A stretch of 63,672 nucleotides of DNA, filler included, from Octopus bimaculoides (taxonomy: Eukaryota), in NCBI RefSeq assembly GCF_001194135.2. It is 4 parts of 4 records of this genome, joined end to end, with 100 filler letters (N's around TTAATTAATTAA, not from the genome) between each part and the next. Parts side by side here need not be neighbours in the genome. Positions count along the whole stretch, not along the records: positions 53,228 to 61,890 come from NC_068986.1; positions 61,991 to 63,672 come from NW_026378656.1; 2 more parts are not named here. The stretch is one strand, 5' to 3'. The translations under genes were made by a program, and so were the position numbers. Shown piece by piece: positions 53,781-63,357 of this stretch. The notes beneath the pieces were generated by a model. It worked only from the letters and a program-made list of their open reading frames with translations. It had not been told where the DNA came from and did no database searches. Every line of letters starts with the position of its first letter. The first letter of the stretch is position 1.

Positions 53781-54734
53781 TCTGTGACTTTCGAGAATTT
53801 TATGGTGCCTTAGAATGTTTCGGTAAAAATATTCTTCCAACCACACCTCCTTGCAACTCTATCCGAATGAATAAAAGAAACAAAAAGAAACAAAAAAAAC
53901 AAAACAAAAAAAGAAATATAAAGACGTAAAGAACAATAAAAGAAAAAAAAAACAAATAAAGCAAAACAAACGAAAGCAAAAGAAGAGAAAGCAAAAGAAG
54001 AGAAAAAAAGAAGCCCTGATTGATATGCAGCAGAAATTACAGTTCTCACTTTCAACACATTTTTCTCTGAAGGCTTCGGTATGAGGATGGAGGGATGTGG
54101 TAATGTATTTCATGCATTCAATAGATGTAATATTCANNNNNNNNNNNNNNNNNNNNNNNNNNNNNNNNNNNNNNNNNNNNNNNNNNNNNNNNNNNNNNNN
54201 NNNNNNNNNNNNNNNNNNNNNNNNNNNNNNNNNNNNNNNNNNNNNNNNNNNNNNNNNNNNNNNNNNNNNNNNNNNNNNNNNNNNNNNNNNNNNNNNNNNN
54301 NNNNNNNNNNNNNNNNNNNNNNNNNNNNNNNNNNNNNNNNNNNNNNNNNNNNNNNNNNNNNNNNNNNNNNNNNNNNNNNNNNNNNNNNNNNNNNNNNNNN
54401 NNNNNNNNNNNNNNNNNNNNNNNNNNNNNNNNNNNNNNNNNNNNNNNNNNNNNNNNNNNNNNNNNNNNNNNNNNNNNNNNNNNNNNNNNNNNNNNNNNNN
54501 NNNNNNNNNNNNNNNNNNNNNNNNNNNNNNNNNNNNNNNNNNNNNNNNNNNNNNNNNNNNNNNNNNNNNNNNNNNNNNNNNNNNNNNNNNNNNNNNNNNN
54601 NNNNNNNNNNNNNNNNNNNNNNNNNNNNNNNNNNNNNNNNNNNNNNNNNNNNNNNNNNNNNNNNNNNNNNNNNNNNNNNNNNNNNNNNNNNNNNNNNNNN
54701 NNNNNNNNNNNNNNNNNNNNNNNNNNNNNNNNNN

Positions 54735-56335
54735 CGTACATATTTTATACACACACACACATATATATATATATATAATATACAAATATATATAGTGTAT
54801 ATATGTATATATGTATATAAAGAGAGAGAGAGAGCAAGGTGTGGAGGGATAGATAGATAGATAGAGAGAGTGAGAGAGAGAGAGAGAGAAAGAGAGAAAG
54901 AGAAGTGCAGGAGACAGAGAATGCATCCTTATTTAAGAACGAAATATATTGTTTTCTCATTTTTACTTTAAAGGAACCAAACGCAGTGTTTCGCTATATT
55001 TTTGTGAGAAGTGGAAACATTAGACGATCGAATAAGAAAAGCCCAGGACATTGTTTTCTTCTTAACTTCAAATGTACTCTTCACTCAAACTATATATATA
55101 CGTACCTGCATATCTACACACTTACACATAGAGACACAGACACACGCACATGCGCACACATGCACAGATTCATACATGTATGTATATACATACATACATA
55201 TGTATATAGTATATGTATTATATTTTACTATATTATATTTTACTATATTGTATTATCTACGAATGGCGTGTATGGAAATATTAAGTGCAGAAATATTCAA
55301 TTATATTCTTGTTTTAGTTTGTTATTTAATATATTTGTACGTTTTTTTTTCCTGCAACACAGGCCTGCGTATATGGATGTTGTCGTCATATTTAGATACT
55401 ATGTAATTAGCATACATATATATACATGTTTACATATATATATATATATANNNNNNNNNNNNNNNNNNNNNNNNNNNNNNNNNNNNNNNNNNNNNNNNNN
55501 NNNNNNNNNNNNNNNNNNNNNNNNNNNNNNNNNNNNNNNNNNNNNNNNNNNNNNNNNNNNNNNNNNNNNNNNNNNNNNNNNNNNNNNNNNNNNNNNNNNN
55601 NNNNNNNNNNNNNNNNNNNNNNNNNNNNNNNNNNNNNNNNNNNNNNNNNNNNNNNNNNNNNNNNNNNNNNNNNNNNNNNNNNNNNNNNNNNNNNNNNNNN
55701 NNNNNNNNNNNNNNNNNNNNNNNNNNNNNNNNNNNNNNNNNNNNNNNNNNNNNNNNNNNNNNNNNNNNNNNNNNNNNNNNNNNNNNNNNNNNNNNNNNNN
55801 NNNNNNNNNNNNNNNNNNNNNNNNNNNNNNNNNNNNNNNNNNNNNNNNNNNNNNNNNNNNNNNNNNNNNNNNNNNNNNNNNNNNNNNNNNNNNNNNNNNN
55901 NNNNNNNNNNNNNNNNNNNNNNNNNNNNNNNNNNNNNNNNNNNNNNNNNNNNNNNNNNNNNNNNNNNNNNNNNNNNNNNNNNNNNNNNNNNNNNNNNNNN
56001 NNNNNNNNNNNNNNNNNNNNNNNNNNNNNNNNNNNNNNNNNNNNNNNNNNNNNNNNNNNNNNNNNNNNNNNNNNNNNNNNNNNNNNNNNNNNNNNNNNNN
56101 NNNNNNNNNNNNNNNNNNNNNNNNNNNNNNNNNNNNNNNNNNNNNNNNNNNNNNNNNNNNNNNNNNNNNNNNNNNNNNNNNNNNNNNNNNNNNNNNNNNN
56201 NNNNNNNNNNNNNNNNNNNNNNNNNNNNNNNNNNNNNNNNNNNNNNNNNNNNNNNNNNNNNNNNNNNNNNNNNNNNNNNNNNNNNNNNNNNNNNNNNNNN
56301 NNNNNNNNNNNNNNNNNNNNNNNNNNNNNNNNNNN

Positions 56336-56373
<38 letters not shown>

Positions 56374-56670
56374 TAGATATATATATATATATATATGCAC
56401 ACACACACACATAAAAGTATATATATAGTATATATATATGTGTTTGTGTATATATATGTAGATATGTATATATATAAATATATATACACACACGCATATA
56501 TATATATATACACATACATAGGCATAAGTATATATACTCATACATATATGTATATACAAATATACATATACACATCTTTATATGCATGTGTATGTGTACA
56601 CATATTTATATGTGTGTTATGCGTGCGTGTGTGTGTTTGTGTCTATGTGTTTGTTTGTGTGTATGTATGT
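54735..56670. repeat. TA/CA/GA microsatellite-rich tract with large gaps
   Basis: Direct observation. Confidence 0.85.
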
Positions 56671-57402
56671 ATTTGAGCTTCCAAGAATACAAGCATTCAT
56701 ACAAATATTCTATATTTTCATTTTGCATTAGGCGGAACAAGCATATTTCTGGCCTTTCGCAGTTCCACGCGGGTAACTCGGGATCTTCGATGTTCTTTGG
56801 AAGAGAGACTCAGTTATTTCTTATGGGTTTGGCTTAAGGTGAGATTAGTCTTGCACAGTATAACTGAAAGCTGTGTTGCTTGACCTACAATTAACAGCTA
56901 CTTCTTAAACTTTTTTCTAACATCTATAGAATGGATTAAGTTACAGAGAAAAACTAGCTCTAGACATATGTCAGAAATGAAGTACGGCTTGCTATATATA
57001 ATCTATTCATTAGCAAGAAAGGCGACACCCTTGAAATTTTTGAATATTTTGTGATTTGAAAAAAGATAATTTGACATTATGGAACCGGATACATAATCTG
57101 AATGCTTGCGACGAAGTGAACACTGCCAGGCGATGGTGCTAAACCAGACGACATATTACGTGAATTTGTCTGAATAGGAGCGGACTGAAACACGGGTATG
57201 CTACTCCCATGAGACAAAACACAAGGAAGTGAGATAACTGCAAAAAACTGAAAATGAAAACAAAAAAAGAGAAAAAAGAAATTGTTCTATTTTTTCAGCT
57301 TATTGTGTGTCAAAGGTTACTGTATAATGAAAAGTTGAAAAATTTTCAAAATCATATCACTAGTGTGTATAAGGCATGATCCAAGAAATGCAAATATCTA
57401 TT

Positions 57403-57442
57403 CTCCGACAAAACACTGTAAATCGACTGTGTTTTGTCGGAG
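57403..57442. repeat. Perfect 14-bp inverted repeat with a 12-nt loop
   Basis: CTCCGACAAAACAC-tgtaaatcgact-GTGTTTTGTCGGAG. Confidence 0.9.
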
Positions 57443-58029
57443 GACGGCAGTATTTACGCACTTTCTAATCTGCCAATTTTCGCTCACATTGATTGGCACT
57501 TATCCATGGGACGGCACAATAAGATCGATTACGAAACCGTATAGTTGCAATGTGAACCTTTACATACACAGACAAGGCTGTGCACATAACTGCTGACATG
57601 ATTAAAATATTATACTGCAAAAGCTACAGATTCTCAAAGCATTGGAGTTGCACAGCTGAAGAGATAATTATATTTCCATCAAAGGCCTTTAGCCATAAAA
57701 CCCAATGCGAAAGAAAGCCATTAGGTTTTTTTTTTATTTTCTGGTTAAAATCTCATCTCACTCCAAAGCTCTTGTGAAAGAGGTAATTATTATTCTATTA
57801 AAAATCAACACCCAAATACCTTGGCTACAAGGAAAGTTTATTTTTCAATTAAGCCTTTTCTCTTTTCCAAAGACAAGTAAGTTTCATGTACACATAACAT
57901 CTGTTGCATTCTGTCCGTTTTACTACCTCCTTCACACACATACAAATACTTACACACACAATACATGCATACATACTTACACACACATACGCGTGCGCGC
58001 GCACACACACACGCAAATATATATGTGCA

Positions 58030-58060
<31 letters not shown>

Positions 58061-58251
58061 GCACACATAGATATACCGATATTGTCCGCATTATCTTTTT
58101 GCTTTTTCCTTAATGGCATGCCAAGCTTGGTTAATTCTTGATTGTTGAGATTTATCTCCCTTTCTTATTTGAAATTAATCCCACTCACCACCAACTGGCA
58201 GTCTACCATCCCTAGAAGTAAAGATACTTTCAGTGAATTAGCAATCTCTTT

Positions 58252-58650
58252 TGTATCGTAGAGGAATTTCAACCATATTTCGTGGTCTGCTACCACAACA
58301 GCTCCTTTATAGGATCCAGTTAGCTCGAGACATCATCAGGAGGAACCACGTCCGGTTTCGGCCCCTACTCCTCTACCGTTTTGACGTGGCGGGGCCCCTC
58401 CTTTCGGAGGTGTCTTCAGCTCTGGTGTTGGGTGCATGTCGTCTTTCTTCTATTCCCTGGCCTCTTCGATGCAGCATCAACGAGTGTCAGCGTCCGACTG
58501 ATCGTCATGTCAAGTTCCCCTTTTTATATCTGCTGCTAGGCTCCAGCAGGCAGCCCCAGCTAGTTGTCACGTGACACTGTCTAAATTTCCCTCTGCTAGG
58601 GTCCAGTAGGCAGCCCCAGCAAGTTGTCACATGACACTGTCTGAACTTTA
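58252..58650 (-). mobile_element. LTR-like or pseudo-LTR-like GC-rich element
   Basis: GC-rich island in AT-rich DNA with U3-like tandem repeats, TATA and Inr. It begins TGT at 58252 on +. The other terminus and a TSD were not identified. Confidence 0.4.
58496..58643 (-). promoter_or_regulatory. Candidate core promoter: two 60-bp repeats with E-box palindromes, TATA box and Inr
   Basis: The minus strand has TATAAAA (58528-58522) 29 nt upstream of the A of TCAGTC (58499). Tandem 60-bp units at 58533 and 58593 contain TGTCACGTGACA and TGTCACATGACA. Confidence 0.55.
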
Positions 58651-58844
58651 ACTGACAATGGAGGGCACGAAGCCACTTCAGTGTCAGCCTGTCTCACCTA
58701 GACTTGTTATGACTTTCAAGCCATATTCGGTCATCACTGTTTGTGACTGTTCTAATGTAATACTTATTCGTTGTTTTTGTTGCTGAAAAACATGGCAATG
58801 ACCATTCTGAGTTATATCTGGTTATTCATTTTCTTGGCGTTGCT

Positions 58845-58970
58845 GTATAGTAAGAAGTTCGCTTCCCAACAACATTGTTCTAGGTTCATTCCCACTCCGT
58901 AGCATTTTGGGCAAGTGTCTTCTACTAATATCTAGGGTCGAGTGGATTTGGTTGATAGAAACTGAAAGAA
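58845..58970 (+). mobile_element. SINE family C head, degenerate
   Basis: GGCGTTGCTGTATAGTAAGAAGTTCGCTTCCCAAC...GGTTCATTCCC...GGGCAAGTGTCTTCTAC. Confidence 0.65.
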
Positions 58971-59280
58971 ATCCGTCGTGTACATATATATATATGTTAA
59001 ACTGTTGTATGTCCAAATTTGGTCAAATGCGTATTTGTCAATATTTATTTTTGCTTGCAATAGCCAGTTCCTTTGGTCAAACTATCGTATCTTCAGCTGC
59101 TTCGGATGCCAAGATATCAAAAATTGCTAAAGTGTTACAACAGTTTTGTTATGGAATGGTAAAACTATTTTTCCGTTTTCTGAAAAAGCAACGTTTTGGA
59201 CTTACTACACTTTTGCATGATAGCAGCGATATATATATATAAGCAAATGTAATGATAGGCAAGTTAGGCACGTCAATATA

Positions 59281-59590
59281 GGCGCTGACATGGCTGTGTA
59301 ATAAGAAGCTTTCTCCCAATCACAAGGTTCCGGATTCAGTCCCACTGCGTGGCACCTTCGGCAAGTGTTTTCTACTATAGCCGCTGTCTTTGGCCGCCAC
59401 CACCATCGCTTGACAAACCGATGTTGGTGTGTTTACGTCCCCGTAATCTAGCGGTTCGGCAAAAGGGACCGATAGAATAAGTACTAGGCTTACAAAGAAT
59501 AAGTCCTGGGGTCGATTTGTTCGATTAAAACTGGCGCTCCAGCACGGCGGCTGTCAAATGGTTGAAACCAGTAAAAGAATAAAAGAATAC
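59281..59590 (+). mobile_element. SINE family C, internally deleted
   Basis: Head and 3' half match 21082-21485 (reverse complement); the central part is missing. Confidence 0.85.
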
Positions 59591-61489
59591 AAAGTAAATT
59601 AAAAACATGAAAGACAAAAATGTATGTATATTTACATACAGCAAGATCTGACTTACGCAGAATAGAAATGATACCAACAATGTAAGGGGTTGAAGAAACG
59701 CATTTCAAATCCAACTGCTGTTTAGCTCGAGCTAAATGACATCTACTTAACTGCGCGTGTGAGCGTATGTGTGTGTACACAGGACTACAAGTGTGGGTAC
59801 GGAAGTATCTATATATTTACTTACGCATATGAGTTTTTACTTTATTGTTTATTTTATTTTTCATATTTTTCTTATTTACTCTATGCCTTTGACTAACTGC
59901 TAAATACATGTAGACAAGTATCGGTAACATCCTAACGGAATCTGTCCTTCACCATTCCTACCCAAGGGCTTAAACCTACGGTCACTAATAACATGTATTA
60001 AAACCGAGCGATGATACGAACTAGCGAGCTGACGAATATTTGATTGGTAGTATGAGACTACTCCCACTGGTGACTCTCTAGCCTATATATAATATTCGAT
60101 AATATGGTTGCCTCTACTCTAGAAAATAAATGTTGGAATGCTTTTAGAAGGACTAGTATCGAATTATCGCTTCATTGCTTTCTTTGCCTCTTTAATCTTA
60201 TGCGAAAATCTTGTTTTCACATCGATCTTCTGTTAAAACAATTCAGAAATCCCAGCCGGAAACAAACATCAACGTGAAAATCCCTTTATTGGGTGTTATA
60301 TAGCCGCTCTACTCTGCTACATCGTTGCCAGAAATATTATTGATGAGTTTATTAAGAGAAACGTAAATCTCACAAGTGAGATATAAAACGCAAAGCAGGA
60401 GAAAAAAGTAATTTTCTTCAAATATTTTTAATTTATCTCTTTTCGTTTTACTAAATCTTGAACATAACTGATATTTTCAATGATAATTTTACATCTATTT
60501 TTTACTCTCACGCCGATACAAAACCAACCTGCCAACTTCAAATGTTCTATTGTAATGTATTCTATTTTCGTTAGGCGTCATTGAAAGATTTTCTTCATCT
60601 TTTTCCTTTTCCTTTCCCAGAGCAGCACGACAAATCTTTGAAGAAAGCACCTCCCTCATCACCCGCTCTAAATTTTGATATGTGAAATCAACCCGTTTAT
60701 TCGTGCAGTTGAATTATAACAACGAAAATCAACCAAGTCAATATTTTAATACGTGTCGATACACTATTTTTACAGATGATGGTGTATAAAAAAAGTCACA
60801 AACAGCCGTGTCAACAGTTTCCCCGCCTATGGGACTAGGTAACTCTAAAATAATAAGCTGAGTTGTTTAAGTTAGAATGTTTTAATTAGGATTGATCTGT
60901 GGCCAAATATAAACGAAAACTACATACGTGTTGTTATAGGGCCTTATACATACACGCATGCACACATACTTTCATAGCTCGGAAATCAGGGAGATCAGGC
61001 TTAACCTGGAGTTAAGCAGCTACTTCTCTGCATTGGATCATCACAACTCCGGTACTACAGATATGTGATTAGAATGTTGCAGGAAAGAATCGCAAGACGA
61101 ATTCTTCTGGCTGAAACTTGGAAGTCACTGTTAATACTATTCTTGCCAAAGAATAATATGTGTGCGTGTGTGTGTGTGTGTAAACATACTCATGCATTGT
61201 GAAGATCATGTTGACTCGTCTGTGTAAGACGTTTGGCAAAATTTGAAGTACCAACCAAAAAATATGTATATATATATATATATATATATGATCTTTACAA
61301 CAGATCTGATTCTGCTTTGAATATAGACTCACACCAACACCAAATGTTTAGTTCTATTCTTAAAACGACTTTAACATTTTTCTAACATTTATATATACGC
61401 ATACATAATAAAAATACTATATAAATATTTGCATATATCCATACATATATGTACATACCTACATCTATATGTATACATACATGCATATA

Positions 61490-61890
61490 TGGGTACAGGA
61501 CATCAAAGAAACGTTAAACGAAAACATAAAGACGAACTTTTTTCGAACAACGAAAAAAAAACAAACAGAGAAACGAGACAGGCAACATAAAAAGTATACC
61601 CCTTCATCAGTTGTCCCTGTTTCATCTACTCCGCGTTTCGAAGGCAAGGACAATACGCGACTTCGTTGAAACAGTCCTTCCTGCGAAGCAAATTAAATAA
61701 AATTTGGTATGTTTTGCGGAGGGTGAAAGTGTTAACAAGAACAGGACAGTGAGAACAAGACAGTAAAAACAAACGGTGAGGGCTGTTGAGCCAAGACGAT
61801 AGAAAAATTATTATGAACGCTAGGTAGACGAGCCATGAGAGGAAACAGGAAAAGGCACGTCTTTTCTTTAGCAAAGAGGAAGACAGAAAG
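61490..61890 (-). mobile_element. Interspersed repeat of uncertain class (pyrimidine-rich on -), possibly a PLE end
   Basis: Strong strand bias; contains GAAAC and CTGATGA motifs but no convincing hammerhead fold. No ORF. Confidence 0.35.
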
Positions 61891-61990
61891 NNNNNNNNNN
61901 NNNNNNNNNNNNNNNNNNNNNNNNNNNNNNNNNNTTAATTAATTAANNNNNNNNNNNNNNNNNNNNNNNNNNNNNNNNNNNNNNNNNNNN

Positions 61991-62651
61991 CAAGCACTGC
62001 CTTTGTCATTGTACCAACGTATAAGTGGGACTTCCCATAAACCTGGATATGATTTCTCTGGGCAGTATTTAAGTGCACAGTATTTCCAGTTAACCGGGTA
62101 ATCAAGTGTAAAGGGCCACGTTGGTATCTCTGTAGTATCAGACATTGAACCTGTAACCATCGAACTATCGTAGTAAAATCTATGATCTTCCAAACTTTTG
62201 AACTGGGCATCTTTTCCCAGTGCAAGAAACGGTGAACGCATTCCTCGAATATCTTCTGCTGGAATATCGGACTTTTCACTAAGCCAGATTTTCATGCCAT
62301 TTATTTCATCGGTATAAGTCTTGTAATCAGCATTCAACCAGTAATCTTCTGGAAATTTATGCGATTTGCTATGAGAAGCTATTTCATGCCCCTGGTCATA
62401 TAATTCTTTCACACTGTTATAATTAGTATTATCGCCGGAAACGAAAAATGTTGCTTGAATTGGACAGCCGTTTGGATTGGTTAGGTTCATGCTAAACAAA
62501 TCTCTGTAATAACCGATATTATGCTCATTAATTCCGTCATCAAAAGTCAATAGAATTATCTGCGGAATTGCATTTGTTGGCAATGAGCCTGGAATTTCAG
62601 GCCCAGGACATTTACAGTTCGGTAACTTGCAATGTTCTGGACGACAGGGAC
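61991..62651 (-). CDS. Internal coding exon of a chitin deacetylase-like polysaccharide deacetylase (CE4/NodB); partial, runs into a gap
   Basis: 219 stop-free codons: C..C.LPNC.C...IPG, PQIILLTFDDG (motif 1), NPNGCPIQATFFVS, GHEIASHSKSH (motif 2), GMRSPFL (motif 3), YYDSS, WPFTLDY, YPGLWEVP. The acceptor is TTTTTACTTTGCAG|GT at 62652/62651 (phase 1). Confidence 0.95.
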
Positions 62652-63295
62652 CTGCAAAGTAAAAATCATAAAGTCCAATCAAAAGATGAACGTTTTTTTT
62701 TTAATAGATACGAACACATATCTACTAACTAACTCTTATATGGAATGAGGCCTAGAGCTATTGATCTACAATAATAAAAAAGAAACATGAGTTTCAACCA
62801 TTGGTACGAGGGTAAAAATGAAACTGTGCAAACAATAGGGGAAATCTGTAGAATCAGAGAAAACTGCGCAAAAATTTCATTTACCGTGGGGATTTTTGGA
62901 AGGTTGTTCTTCAACAGAGAGCAGAATGATGCAGTTATCTTGTAAGCATAGCCATTTATACGATTATTGCTATCGGAGAAAAATAAATAATTATATAGCA
63001 CTATTAAATAATTATTTCAAAGATCACTGAAAATCTTCGTGGGAATACATAGATCTAAATATGTTTGTAATACATAGAAAAATATCCGGTGACTCAATGG
63101 CTTGCTTATCGAGGAATATAAGTGAACGCAGTTCATTTATAATATCTTGGAGAGATTTCCATCAACGTTAACTATACTTCATTTTAGCTGAATGGTTATT
63201 AACTATCAGGGAATGTATATTACAAAGTAATATAATGGTACTTTATTTACATTATTTACATTTGACGGATAGTTGTCCTCATCGTGTTTGTTGTT

Positions 63296-63341
63296 AACAC
63301 AACGTTTCGGCTGATATACCCTCCAACCTTCATCAGGTGTC
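63296..63341 (-). ncRNA. Minimal type-I hammerhead ribozyme, core intact
   Basis: GACAC-CUGAUGA-A-GGUUG-gagggUaUaU-CAGCC-GAAAC-GUU-GUGUU. Stem I is GACAC/GUGUU, stem II GGUUG/CAGCC, stem III the loopless palindrome AACGUU, and the triplet is GUU. Confidence 0.85.
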
Positions 63342-63357
63342 TTGGGGAAATTTCGAA

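Noticed and set aside
54081-56587. Long ORFs of 200-500 aa in the ORF track (also at 331-1204, 31904-32452, 36199-36822, 47551-48383)
   Set aside because: They are composed of X from N-gaps plus translated microsatellites (YI, HT, VC, LS repeats).
58350-58420. CTGAAGA ... hairpin ... GAAACCGGAC on the minus strand
   Set aside because: An extra hairpin separates the core from the putative stem II, and GAC is not an NUH triplet.
61600-61650. GAAAC ... CTGATGA in type-II hammerhead order on the minus strand
   Set aside because: No stem I can be formed around any NUH triplet.
62868-62955. Possible upstream exon of the deacetylase (WLCLQDNCIILLSVEEQPSKNPH-G|GTAAAT, compatible phase 1)
   Set aside because: There is an in-frame TAA right after the best acceptor and no in-frame ATG. 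It is unsupported without cDNA.
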